A stretch of DNA of 64,000 nucleotides from Pseudomonas aeruginosa PAO1. Its GTDB lineage: Bacteria; Pseudomonadota; Gammaproteobacteria; Pseudomonadales; Pseudomonadaceae. The stretch lies in assembly GCF_000006765.1 (NCBI RefSeq), contig NC_002516.2. One strand, given 5' to 3'. The notes below the pieces were generated by a model that was not told the DNA's origin, did not search any database, and worked only from the letters and a program-made list of their open reading frames with translations. The translations under genes and the position numbers were made by a program. Positions 28,963 to 38,130 of the stretch are shown here, piece after piece. Each line of letters starts with the position of its first letter. Positions within the stretch are counted from its first letter, which is position 1.

Positions 28963-29199
28963 TTAGCCGCGCCGCACGCGCAGGCGCTCGGCGTGGTAGA
29001 TCAACGGCCCATGCTGGTCCTCGGCACCGCTGGGGTCGTCCAGCAGCACGCCGGTGATGCGGCCCTGGCGGAACAGCAGGCGGATCGCCAGCAGGTTGGC
29101 CCTGGGGTCGCCCTTGAGATCATGGAGGGAACGCGGGGTGTCGGCATCCAGCTGACAAAACACCGATTCGAGCAAAACATCGGAAGGTTCTAACGCCAT
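28963..29199 (-). CDS. Small hypothetical protein (PA2380-like), 78 aa
   Basis: Protein-like composition; position matches recalled PAO1 gene order. Confidence 0.6.
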   Translation of the reverse strand: MALEPSDVLLESVFCQLDADTPRSLHDLKGDPRANLLAIRLLFRQGRITGVLLDDPSGAEDQHGPLIYHAERLRVRRG

Positions 29200-29493
29200 G
29201 CAGTCGTATCCGTCGAGAAGTACCGGTCACCTTGCCTTGCACTGGGTGCCGGTCAAAGCCCATCCCTGGAAAAACGCCTTTCCGCGCATTGAAACAATGC
29301 GCAACGATTTTCCTCGCGACGCAGTGTCGCCTACCGCCAGAGCCGTTGCCAAGAGCCGTACATCCCTGCGGCGTGCCCCTGCGACAACGTTGCAATACTT
29401 TCTTCACACGAGTTCCGCTACAAAGGTATCTCGCCGGAACCGAGGGTTCCTTTGTCCACCCACCCATAACCGAGAAAGCAAGCGGAGGCACCC

Positions 29494-29736
29494 ATGAACC
29501 ACACTGCATCGATCCCCGCCCTGCCCACGGCCTATGACCTGCTGAACACCCGCATCCAGCGCATCATCCACGCCCCGGCCGCGCAACAGGCCTGCCAGGC
29601 CTGCATTTCCCGATTGCCCGGCGAAGACGAGGGCGACTGGGCCCACCTGCTGGAAAGCTTCGACCGTTCCAACCAGTGGCTGCTCGACCCGCAGCGCGAC
29701 GGCAGCATCGTCCTGCGCTGGAGTTCCGCCGCCTGA
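29494..29736 (+). CDS. Small protein (PA2381-like), DUF1654-like
   Basis: GGAGG RBS; YDLLNTRIQRII..P..Q..RLPGEDEGDW..LL..DGSIVLRW pattern resembles DUF1654 (from memory). Confidence 0.7.
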   Translation: MNHTASIPALPTAYDLLNTRIQRIIHAPAAQQACQACISRLPGEDEGDWAHLLESFDRSNQWLLDPQRDGSIVLRWSSAA

Positions 29737-29745
29737 TCCTGTTTG

Positions 29746-29771
29746 CCGCGCGGCCGTCGAGCCGCGCGGCT
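29746..29771. terminator. Hairpin between convergent PA2381-like gene and lldA
   Basis: GCCGCGCGGC-CGTCGA-GCCGCGCGGC; weak U-tracts. Confidence 0.45.
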
Positions 29772-29802
29772 TGCGCTCTTCCCTTCCATTCGCCGTTCGC
29801 AG

Positions 29803-30954
29803 CTATCGCGGATAGCTTCCCGGCAACAGGATGTCCCGGCCGACCTCGCGGATGTCGGTATGGCCGCAGAAGGCCATGGTCAGGTCCAGCTCGCGGGCTA
29901 TGATCTCCAGCGCCCGCGTCACTCCGGCCTGCCCCAGCGCGCCCAGCCCGTAGAGATAGGGACGGCCGATCATGGTCCCGCGCGCACCGAGGGCGATGGC
30001 CTTGAGCACGTCCTGCCCGGAACGGATGCCGCTGTCGAGCCAGACCTCGATGCGCTCGCCCACCGCCTCGACGATCGCCGGCAGCGCGCTGATGGTCGAG
30101 GGCGCGCCGTCCAGTTGGCGTCCGCCATGGTTGCTGACGACCAGCGCATCGGCGCCGGAGTCGGCGGCCAACCGCGCATCCTCGGCATCGAGAATGCCCT
30201 TGAGTACCAGCTTGCCGCCCCAGCGCCGCTTGATCCATTCGACGTCGCCCCAGTTCAGCCGCGGGTCGAACTGGCGGGCGGTCCACTCGGACAGTGAGCC
30301 CATGTCGTCGACGCCCTTGACGTGCCCGACGATGTTGCCGAAACCGCGACGCCGGGTGCCGAGCATGCCCAGCGCCCAGCGCGGCTTGGTGGCGATGTTC
30401 AGCAGGTTGGCCAGGGTCGGCCGCGGCGGCGCCGAGAGACCGTTCTTCAGGTCCTTGTGGCGCTGGCCGATGATCTGCAGGTCGAGGGTCAGCACCAGCG
30501 CGTCGCAGCCGGCGGCCTTGGCACGGTCGATCAGGCGTTCGATGAAATCGCGGTCGCGCATCACGTAGAGCTGGAACCAGAACGGCTGGCCGACTTCCGT
30601 GGCGATGTCCTCCAGGGAACAGATGCTCATGGTCGACAGGGTGTAGCGCACGCCGAACTCGGCGGCGGCGCGGGCGGCGAGGATCTCGCCGTCGGCATGC
30701 TGCATGCCGGCCAGCCCGGTGGGCGCGATGGCCACCGGCATGGCCATCTCCTGGCCGAGCATGCGGGTGCGCAGCGAGCGGTTCTCGATATTCCGCGCGA
30801 CCCGCTGGCGCAGCTTGATCGCGGCGAAGTCGTCCTGGTTGGCGCGGTAGGTGCCTTCGCTCCAGGAACCGGAGTCGGCGTAGTCGTAGAACATCCGCGG
30901 CACGCGCTTGCGCGCCAGGCGGCGCAGGTCTTCGATATCGGTGATGACGCTCAT
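29803..30954 (-). CDS. lldA: FMN-dependent L-lactate dehydrogenase LldA, 383 aa
   Basis: Start MSVITDIEDLRRLARKRVPRMFYDY; VSNHGGRQLD, DSGIRSG alpha-hydroxy acid oxidase motifs. Confidence 0.9.
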   Translation of the reverse strand: MSVITDIEDLRRLARKRVPRMFYDYADSGSWSEGTYRANQDDFAAIKLRQRVARNIENRSLRTRMLGQEMAMPVAIAPTGLAGMQHADGEILAARAAAEFGVRYTLSTMSICSLEDIATEVGQPFWFQLYVMRDRDFIERLIDRAKAAGCDALVLTLDLQIIGQRHKDLKNGLSAPPRPTLANLLNIATKPRWALGMLGTRRRGFGNIVGHVKGVDDMGSLSEWTARQFDPRLNWGDVEWIKRRWGGKLVLKGILDAEDARLAADSGADALVVSNHGGRQLDGAPSTISALPAIVEAVGERIEVWLDSGIRSGQDVLKAIALGARGTMIGRPYLYGLGALGQAGVTRALEIIARELDLTMAFCGHTDIREVGRDILLPGSYPR

Positions 30955-31027
30955 GCAGTCCACTCCTTCGGGGGTGGCTGGATGGTAGAGCGCGACGTAC
31001 CGCCGCAGGCGGAATAATTGTCGGCAT

Positions 31028-31048
31028 CGGCGGAAGGAAATTCCGCCG
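31028..31048. promoter_or_regulatory. Inverted repeat upstream of lldA, candidate operator
   Basis: CGGCGGAA-GGAAA-TTCCGCCG, with related GGCGGAAT at 31008. Confidence 0.35.
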
Positions 31049-31050
31049 TT

Positions 31051-31971
31051 TCAGTCGTCCGCCGCCGGAAGGAATTCCCTGCCCTGGACCACCGCCTCGC
31101 GGCAGATCGCCGCCAGCCAGGCGGCGAAACGCTGGCTGGCCGGCGAGGCCTGGTGGCTGCGCAGGTGGTAATGGTGGGTGGGCGCCGAACGCAGCGGGAA
31201 CAGCACCACCAGCCGCCCCTCGGCAAGCCAGGCGCGCGCCAGCGAGGGTCGCGCGAGGGCCACGCCCTGACCGTTGGCGGCGGCTTCCAGGGTCATGCCC
31301 AAATCGAGCAGGCGCGGCCCGGCGCAGGGCTCCGGCCAGTCCAGCCCGGCCACGCGGAACCACGGCTGCCAGGGCTCCAGCGGCGAGCGCAGCAACGGCA
31401 GGCCGGCGAGCATGGCTGGCGTCCAGGGCCGCGGCAGGCCGAGCAGCAGCCCCGGCGCGGCCATCGGTAGCACGCGCTCCTCCAGCAGCCGCTCGCCGGC
31501 CGCCACGCCATGGCTGTCGCCGCGCACCTCGACATCGGCCAGCGGCAGGTCCTGGCCGTCCGAAGGACTCGACAGGAGAATCTCCAGCTCGATTTCCGGA
31601 CAGGCCTCGGCGAAGGACGCCAGGCGCGGAATCAGGATCTGCCGGGCGAAGGTCGGCGGCGTGCGCAGGGTCAGCCGCTGCTGGCGCTGGACCTGGCGAC
31701 GATGCAGCGGAACCGCCGCGAGCTGGGCGAGGATCGGCGCGATCTGTTCGAGGTACTCGCGGCCGTGGGAGGTCAGCGCCAGCGAGCGGCCGTCGCGCTG
31801 CAACAGGCTCACCCCGAGCATCCCCTCGAGACCGGAAACCCGCTTGCTGGCGGCGCTGCCGGTGATCGACAGGAGTTCGGCGGCGCGCTCGAAGGTACCC
31901 AGCCGGGCAGCCGCTTCGAACGCCTGCAACGCTTCGATGGAAGGAAAACGGAAATCGTCGGGATTGAGCAT
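31051..31971 (-). CDS. lldS: LysR-family regulator (PA2383-like, LldS)
   Basis: 306 aa; ALQAFEAAARLGTFERAAELLSITGSAASKRVSGLE HTH; directly upstream of lldA. Confidence 0.85.
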   Translation of the reverse strand: MLNPDDFRFPSIEALQAFEAAARLGTFERAAELLSITGSAASKRVSGLEGMLGVSLLQRDGRSLALTSHGREYLEQIAPILAQLAAVPLHRRQVQRQQRLTLRTPPTFARQILIPRLASFAEACPEIELEILLSSPSDGQDLPLADVEVRGDSHGVAAGERLLEERVLPMAAPGLLLGLPRPWTPAMLAGLPLLRSPLEPWQPWFRVAGLDWPEPCAGPRLLDLGMTLEAAANGQGVALARPSLARAWLAEGRLVVLFPLRSAPTHHYHLRSHQASPASQRFAAWLAAICREAVVQGREFLPAADD

Positions 31972-32012
31972 GGGGCAGACTTTACCCGCTGCCCGAGATC
32001 AGGGATACCGCG

Positions 32013-32336
32013 TCAGAGCCGCTGCTCGTTGGCCGCGGCGCGGCGCTCGGGCGCCGCGGAACCGGCGGCACCGCCCCAGGAAGCCTTGCCGGGGCTGTAG
32101 ACATCCTGTTCGTCGAGGGTCACCAGGCCGCTTTCCACCAGGCGCCCGAGGACCTGGCGGATGCTCACCAGGGACAGCGGCGTACCGGTTTCGGAGAGAC
32201 GCCGGTGCAGGGTGCGGATCGGCACCCGGCCCTGCTCCCCCGAGGCTTCCCAGAGCGCATCGATCACTTTCAGCCGGGCCAGGCTCATCTTCAGGCCGGC
32301 CTCCTTCAACATCTGTTTGACGGGCGAATGGGTCAT
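32013..32336 (-). CDS. Fur DNA-binding-domain-like small regulator (PA2384-like)
   Basis: 107 aa; LKEAGLKMSLARLKVIDAL..SLVSIRQVLGRLVESGLV matches the Fur N-terminal winged helix. Confidence 0.85.
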   Translation of the reverse strand: MTHSPVKQMLKEAGLKMSLARLKVIDALWEASGEQGRVPIRTLHRRLSETGTPLSLVSIRQVLGRLVESGLVTLDEQDVYSPGKASWGGAAGSAAPERRAAANEQRL

Positions 32337-32505
32337 CGTGACGCTCCTTTCGTGGACGAGTGGGTAGCGGGTCCCCGCCGAAGCCGAGCATCCCTGCTCG
32401 CTGCCTGCACGTGTTCCCTGGAACCGGGCGGCTGTGGGCCGCCTCTATGGTTAAAGACGAACGAGCGCGGAAAAACCGTCAGTTTTTTTCCCATCAGATC
32501 TGATA

Positions 32506-32524
32506 GGCATTGCTTATCATTCGC
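32506..32524. promoter_or_regulatory. Fur box upstream of the PA2384-like gene, overlapping the pvdQ stop codon
   Basis: Minus strand GCGAATGATAAGCAATGCC, 13/19 match to GATAATGATAATCATTATC. Confidence 0.55.
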
Positions 32525-34805
32525 GAATGCTTAGCCGTTGCAGTTGCGGGTCGGCGTCGATCTGCCTGTCGCTGAACGGCAAGGTCTGCCATTGCTGGCG
32601 GGAAAACAGCTCGGTCTGGTCGCGGTAGTGCGGCGAGCGCGGATCGCTGGACTGGGAGAAAGCCAGCAACCCGCGAGCCTTGGGCCCTTCCTCGGGGAAG
32701 GTCACCAGCTGGATGTAGCTAGTGCCGCCGACCACCTCCAGGTGGTCGCCCTTGCGGACGCTCTGGATCGCGTTGTAGACCCCGAAATGGCCATCGCCGC
32801 CGGGAATCGCGATGCGTTCCTGGCCACGGGTGCTCACTTGCAGGTCGCCCCAGCGCGCGCCGTCGGGAATCCCGCTCTTCTCCACCTCCGCCGCCGCGTC
32901 CGCCAGCGCCTGGCGCACCTGGGTCGCCACCTGCGGCCGGTCGAGGGCGATGCCTTGCGGCGTATCCAGGGGACGTTGCGCATCGAACGGTTCCTTCCAC
33001 GCGCCGTCGAGTTCGGCGAAGCGTTGCATGAAGCGCTGGAAGTAGACGAAGCCGCTGCCGCTGTCGAGGTTGGCGCCACGGTCCCACTGCGCCAGGGCCG
33101 CGCAGGCGCGGGCAAGGGACTTCTCGCCCTGGTTGTCGCGGCACAGGCGGAGCAGGTCCGGCAGCACCTGGTCGGCGCTGAAGACATGGTTGGCGGTGAC
33201 CATCTCCTCGAGCGTCTTCGCCTCCAGCGGCTGCTTGCCCTGTAGCCGGCTCAGGGCGTAGCGCGCCCGCGGACCGATGGGCTTCTCCTGGCTGACCAGG
33301 GGCGAGAAGCCCTGCAGCGGGCTCGCCGGGTTGGTCAGCCAGGCGCTGTCGTTGGAGTTCTGCACGAAGTCCCTGCGCAACAGCACCGGCAGTTGCGCCG
33401 CCGGGGTGATGCCAGCCTGGGCCGCGGCCGGGTCGCGACTCCAGGCACAGCGGCTGTCCTGCCCCTGGAGGGCCGGCAGGCCTTCGGCGACCAGTTGCGG
33501 AATGGCGCAGGCGGGAATCAGTTCCGGCTTCAGGTAGGGCACCACCGACTGGTTCATGTACAGGGCGTTGCCCTGCTCGTCCGCGGCCAGGGTGTTGACC
33601 CAGGGGATCCCCTGTAGCGCCTCGACGCGCCGGCGCAGGTCGGCGACGTCGCTGGCCTGGTTGATCGAGTACCACTGTTGCAGTACCCGGGTGTTCTCCA
33701 GGTTGGCGTCACGCAGCGCATAGGCCTCGCTGCGGTTCCAGTCCAGCTTGCCGGGCCAGACCACCAGCGGGCCGTAGATCGACTGGTAGACCTTGTGCTC
33801 GACGCGCGACAGCTTGCCGTCGGCGCCGCGCACCTCGATCGCGACGGACTTCTCCTCCAGCGGCAGCGAACGACCGTCGACCAGGTAGCGCCGCGGGTCC
33901 TTCGGGTCCAGCGCCAGGCGATACAGGGTGAAGTGGCTGGAGGTATCCACCGTGTGGGTCCAGGCCAGGTGGCGGCTGAAGCCGATGTTGACCACCGGCA
34001 GGCCGGGCAGCGAGGCCCCCATCACGTCGAGCCGGCCGGGAATGGTCAGGTGCATCTGGTAGAAACGCATCGCGCCGTTCCAGGGGAAGTGCGGGTTGGC
34101 CAGGAGCATGCCCTTGCCGTCCGCCGAACGTTCGCTGCCAACGGCAATGGCGTTGCTGCCGCGCTCCAGGCGGAAGCGCTGGCGCCGCTGCTCGGCGACC
34201 TGGAACGCCTGCTCGCCGCTCAAGGCGACCTTCTCCGCTCCGGGCGGCGCGGCGGCCACCAGCGCGTCGGCGAACTGGCCGACCCCGCCTTCGACCAGCA
34301 GGCGCCGGGTCAGGCGCAGCAGGTCATCGGTCGCGATGGCCCGCAGCCAGGGCTGGCCAAGGCAACTGGTGGTCTTGCCGTCGGCCTCGCGGAGGAAGCG
34401 GTTGAAACCGGCGGCGTAGCCTTCGAGCAACTGGCGTACCGCGGGCGTCTGCGCCTGCCAGAAGGCTTGCAGCGCCTCGGGTTGGTTGAGCCAGGCGTAG
34501 AAGATGTCGGACGGCAGGTTGTCCAGCTCGGCCGACGACTTGCCCTCGCTGCCGAAATAGCGCGCCCGCTCGCCGCGCGCGGTGACGATCTCCTCGGCCA
34601 GCAGGCAGGCGTTGTCGCGCGCGTAGGCGTAGCCGATGCCATAGCCCAGGCCGCGCTCATCCTTGGCCCGGATGTGCGGCACGCCATAGGCGGTCCAGCG
34701 GATATCCGCGGCCAGCCCGGTCGGCCGCGGCATATCGGCCTGGACCGGCATCATCGAACCCAACAGCATGCCGGCCAGGCCGGTCAGTACGGTACGCATC
34801 CCCAT
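32517..34805 (-). CDS. pvdQ: Periplasmic Ntn-hydrolase acylase PvdQ, 762 aa
   Basis: Start MGMRTVLTGLAG; beta-chain start SNAIAVG; LLANPHFPW; QNSNDS. Confidence 0.97.
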   Translation of the reverse strand: MGMRTVLTGLAGMLLGSMMPVQADMPRPTGLAADIRWTAYGVPHIRAKDERGLGYGIGYAYARDNACLLAEEIVTARGERARYFGSEGKSSAELDNLPSDIFYAWLNQPEALQAFWQAQTPAVRQLLEGYAAGFNRFLREADGKTTSCLGQPWLRAIATDDLLRLTRRLLVEGGVGQFADALVAAAPPGAEKVALSGEQAFQVAEQRRQRFRLERGSNAIAVGSERSADGKGMLLANPHFPWNGAMRFYQMHLTIPGRLDVMGASLPGLPVVNIGFSRHLAWTHTVDTSSHFTLYRLALDPKDPRRYLVDGRSLPLEEKSVAIEVRGADGKLSRVEHKVYQSIYGPLVVWPGKLDWNRSEAYALRDANLENTRVLQQWYSINQASDVADLRRRVEALQGIPWVNTLAADEQGNALYMNQSVVPYLKPELIPACAIPQLVAEGLPALQGQDSRCAWSRDPAAAQAGITPAAQLPVLLRRDFVQNSNDSAWLTNPASPLQGFSPLVSQEKPIGPRARYALSRLQGKQPLEAKTLEEMVTANHVFSADQVLPDLLRLCRDNQGEKSLARACAALAQWDRGANLDSGSGFVYFQRFMQRFAELDGAWKEPFDAQRPLDTPQGIALDRPQVATQVRQALADAAAEVEKSGIPDGARWGDLQVSTRGQERIAIPGGDGHFGVYNAIQSVRKGDHLEVVGGTSYIQLVTFPEEGPKARGLLAFSQSSDPRSPHYRDQTELFSRQQWQTLPFSDRQIDADPQLQRLSIRE

Positions 34806-34927
34806 CGATGTCGTTTCTCTGCAAAGTGGTGGCCGGAACGGCCGGGACATGCAACGAAAACGCCCTGCGTGCCGGGCATCCCCTGGCGGGGAAACGGGCA
34901 ACACAGGGCGTAGCGGCGTGGCGCCGA

Positions 34928-36259
34928 TCAGCTGGCCAGGGCGTGCTCGTGCAGGGCGCGGGCCGCAGTACCGGGCTTCAGGTGCTGGTACAGGGAGCCG
35001 GAGATTTCCTCGGCACGCACCGGCAGCACCGACAGCAGGGTGTCGCTGAGGCCATGGCTGGCCTGGCTGAAGCCCTGCGCGTAGATCGCCACCTTGCAGC
35101 GCTCGTCGGTCTGCAGGCGGTAGTCGCGGCCGATCTCGTGGTCGCCGAGGTACTCCGCCAGCGGTTCGAGCAGTTGGCGGTGCAACTGGCGCTCATAGCC
35201 GGTGGCCAGGATCACTGCGTCGTAGGTCTCTACGCTTAGCTCGCCGCTACCGGCGTCGCGCAACGCCAGCTCGATGCCCTGGGCGGTGGCGGTCGCGCGC
35301 TCCACGGTGGTCATGCAACGGAAGGCGTGGCGCGGGATGCCGGAGACTTTCTGGCGGTAGAAGACGCCGTAGATGCGCTCGATCAGGTCGGTATCCACCA
35401 CCGAATAGTTGGTGTTGTGGTATTCGCGCAGCAAACGCTCGCGTTCGGCATGTTCGCGGCTGTAGATGAGATCGGTGAACTTCGGCGCGAACACTTCGTT
35501 GACGAACGGGCTATCGTCCGCCGGCTTGAGCGCCGAGGCACGCAGGATCATGTCGGCCTGCACCGACGGGTAGCTGTCGTTGAGGTCGATGAAGGCCTCC
35601 GCCGCGCTCTGCCCGCCGCCGATAATGGCGATCTTCATCGGCTTGCCACTGCTGCAGGGCTGCTTGGCCATGTGTTCCAGGTACTGGCTGTGGTGGAACA
35701 CCCGGCCGTCGCCCTTGAGCGCACGGAACACCTGCGGGATACGCGGGGTGCCGCCGGGACTGACCACCAGGGCGCGGGTGGTGCGCACCAGCTCCTCGCC
35801 GTCGGCGTTGCGCGAGATCACCCGCAGCGCCTCGACCTGGCCGGCGCTCAGCATCGGCTCGATGCGCAGGACCTCTTCGCCGTAGCGGCTCTGCTCCTGG
35901 AAGTGGCTGGCGACCCAGCGCAGGTAGTCGTTGAACTCCATCCGGCAGGGATAGAAGGTGCCCAGGTTGATGAAGTCGACCAGACGATCGTGCTTGTGCA
36001 GGTAGTTGACGAAGGAATACGGACTGGTGGGGTTGCGCAGGGACACCAGGTCCTTGAGGAAGGAGATCTGCAACTCGCTCTGCGACACCAGGGTGTTGCC
36101 GTGCCAGCGGTAGTCGCCCTGCTTGTCCAGGAACAGCACTTCCAGGGCGCCCTGCGCCTGGGCCCGTTCCTGGAGGGCAATCGCCAGGGCGATATTGGAA
36201 GGGCCGAAGCCGACACCGATGAGATCGTGAACCACGGCGGTTGCAGTTGCCTGAGTCAT
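34928..36259 (-). CDS. pvdA: L-ornithine N5-oxygenase PvdA
   Basis: 443 aa; LIGVGFGPSN FAD motif, IIGGGQSAAE NADPH motif, DAVILATGY. Confidence 0.97.
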   Translation of the reverse strand: MTQATATAVVHDLIGVGFGPSNIALAIALQERAQAQGALEVLFLDKQGDYRWHGNTLVSQSELQISFLKDLVSLRNPTSPYSFVNYLHKHDRLVDFINLGTFYPCRMEFNDYLRWVASHFQEQSRYGEEVLRIEPMLSAGQVEALRVISRNADGEELVRTTRALVVSPGGTPRIPQVFRALKGDGRVFHHSQYLEHMAKQPCSSGKPMKIAIIGGGQSAAEAFIDLNDSYPSVQADMILRASALKPADDSPFVNEVFAPKFTDLIYSREHAERERLLREYHNTNYSVVDTDLIERIYGVFYRQKVSGIPRHAFRCMTTVERATATAQGIELALRDAGSGELSVETYDAVILATGYERQLHRQLLEPLAEYLGDHEIGRDYRLQTDERCKVAIYAQGFSQASHGLSDTLLSVLPVRAEEISGSLYQHLKPGTAARALHEHALAS

Positions 36260-36341
36260 TTCCAGTTCCTCTGGATTGGCCCCCTTTCAAGCGGGAGCGA
36301 TAAGTCGAGAGCAGCCCTGGAGGGCCATCTGTTGACTAGGA

Positions 36342-36365
36342 ACGAGGACAGGGAAATGAAATTTA
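36342..36365 (-). promoter_or_regulatory. PvdS (iron-starvation box) promoter of pvdA
   Basis: Minus strand TAAAT-N16-CGT. Confidence 0.85.
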
Positions 36366-36391
36366 AGCGTTGCCGAGCACGAATAGCGAAA

Positions 36392-36871
36392 TCAGTCGGC
36401 TTCCCATTCGCGCATGCGCACCCGACAGTGCTTCATCGCGTTGACGATGTGCTTTTCCACCAGGCTGCGGGAAATATTGAGATGTTCGGCGATCTGCGAA
36501 TGGGACAGGCCGTCCAGCTTGCGCAACAGGAAGGAACTGCGGCAGATGGCCGGCAACTCGGCCAGCGCGCGCTGCAGGTTGTCCAGGCGCTGCCCCTGGT
36601 CGACCACCGTCTGCGGCGAGGGACTGGCCAGGCCCTCCTCGTCGTCCAGGACCTCCAGGGGTTCCGCCCGGCGCACCCGGCTGCGACGGTGCTCGTCCAC
36701 CGCCAGGTTGAGCGCCGTCCGGTACAGAAAAGCCTTCGGATGCTCGATCTGCGCTTGACTGGAGCGCTCCAGAACGCGCAAATACGCGTCGTGGGCGACA
36801 TCCGCCGCTGCGTGTCGATCCCCGAGCCTGGCACTGAGGAATCGCAGCAGCTCCCGATAATGGTTTTCCAA
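36392..36871 (-). CDS. fpvI: ECF sigma factor FpvI (TTG start)
   Basis: 159 aa; AADVAHDAYLR, FLYRTALNLAVD, GLSHSQIAEHLNIS; AGGAG before TTG. Confidence 0.95.
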   Translation of the reverse strand: MENHYRELLRFLSARLGDRHAAADVAHDAYLRVLERSSQAQIEHPKAFLYRTALNLAVDEHRRSRVRRAEPLEVLDDEEGLASPSPQTVVDQGQRLDNLQRALAELPAICRSSFLLRKLDGLSHSQIAEHLNISRSLVEKHIVNAMKHCRVRMREWEAD

Positions 36872-36943
36872 GACGACTCCTGCTCGCTGCCTCTACGGCA
36901 CTGTCCTTCCAAGGGCGGGATCGCCTGCCGGCGACATTGGCAG

Positions 36944-36979
36944 TATGAAATCATTAAATTTATAATAATTCTCATCAAG
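36944..36979. promoter_or_regulatory. Fur box region in the divergent fpvI/fpvR promoter
   Basis: TATAATAATTCTCATCAAG (36961-36979), about 12/19 to the Fur consensus, within an AT-rich tract. Confidence 0.6.
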
Positions 36980-37034
36980 CTTTAAAGCCTTGTTTCGCTC
37001 GCAGCGCAATCCGAAGGCATAACTGGAACCCTCG

Positions 37035-38030
37035 ATGAAGACACCCTCTCCCGCCGACAGCGACACCCTTGTGCAGGACGCCGCGCATTGGTGCATGCGC
37101 CTGCACGCCGAGGACTTCTCCGAGGAAGAGCGTGGCGAGTTCCAGCGCTGGCTGGCAGCCGATCCCCGGCACGCCGCCGAATACGCAGAAATGGAGGAGA
37201 TCTGGGCGCTCAGCGAACTGCTGCCGCGAACGCCGGCGCCCGAGCTTCGCAACCACGCCGCAACCCGCCCGCTCGGCCGTCGCCGCAGGGGCTGGAAGAG
37301 CCAGGCACGCGCCGCCGCCCTCGCCCTGCTTATGTTACCGACGGCCGGCTACCTCGGCTGGCTGCAAGGCTGGATTCCTTCCAACTACCAGCGCTACGAG
37401 GCCGAGGGCAACGTCAGGCATGCCGTTCTTCCCGACGGCAGCGAGGTCGAACTGGACCTCAATACGCAGCTGAGCTTCGCCAATTTCAAGGACATCCGCC
37501 GGGTTTCCCTGGACAGGGGTGAGGCCTACTTCCATGTCACCCACGACAGCGCGCACCCCTTCGTGGTCAAGGCCGGCAACGGCTCGATCACCGTCACCGG
37601 CACCCGCTTCAACGTCTGGAAGTACCAGGACAACGTGGTAGTCACCGTCACCGAGGGCTCGGTGAAGGTCCGCAGCGAAGGCTCGGGCAACGACAGCAGC
37701 CTGACTCCCGGCATGCAGGCCAGCTACTATCCGGGCCTGCTGCAACCGTTGGTCGAGGCCGTGGATACCCGCCAGACGCTAGCCTGGCGCGAGGGCCGCC
37801 TGGTACTCGACGACCTGCCCCTGTCCAAGGCCCTGCCGCTGATCAACCGCTACCTCGACGCTCCGCTGGTCCTGGGCGACAGGAGCGCTGCGAAACTGCG
37901 CATTGGCGGGATCTACAGCACCCGCGACATCCGCAGCCTGGTCGACGCCCTGCCGAAAGTCCTGCCCGTGGACCTGGAACATCGCGAGGACGGCAGCATC
38001 CGCATCAGCAGCCGTTACGCCCAGCTCTGA
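37035..38030 (+). CDS. fpvR: Anti-sigma factor FpvR (FecR family)
   Basis: 331 aa; AAHWCMRLH, FQRWLAADPRH, LPDGSEVELD, AWREGRL. Confidence 0.95.
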   Translation: MKTPSPADSDTLVQDAAHWCMRLHAEDFSEEERGEFQRWLAADPRHAAEYAEMEEIWALSELLPRTPAPELRNHAATRPLGRRRRGWKSQARAAALALLMLPTAGYLGWLQGWIPSNYQRYEAEGNVRHAVLPDGSEVELDLNTQLSFANFKDIRRVSLDRGEAYFHVTHDSAHPFVVKAGNGSITVTGTRFNVWKYQDNVVVTVTEGSVKVRSEGSGNDSSLTPGMQASYYPGLLQPLVEAVDTRQTLAWREGRLVLDDLPLSKALPLINRYLDAPLVLGDRSAAKLRIGGIYSTRDIRSLVDALPKVLPVDLEHREDGSIRISSRYAQL

Positions 38031-38038
38031 ACCCAGGT

Positions 38039-38062
38039 TAAATTTAGCCGCCCTGGCCTCGT
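38039..38062 (+). promoter_or_regulatory. PvdS promoter of pvdRT-opmQ
   Basis: TAAAT-N16-CGT. Confidence 0.85.
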
Positions 38063-38130
38063 ATATCTGGCAGTGCCCAGCCTGCCGATCCAGCGGCGGC
38101 GGTCTCTCCACGCACCGGCCGGATTCCCGA

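Noticed and set aside
29198-29537. 99-aa and 101-aa ORFs in the PA2380/PA2381 spacer
   Set aside because: Low-complexity translations over a probable divergent promoter; no RBS
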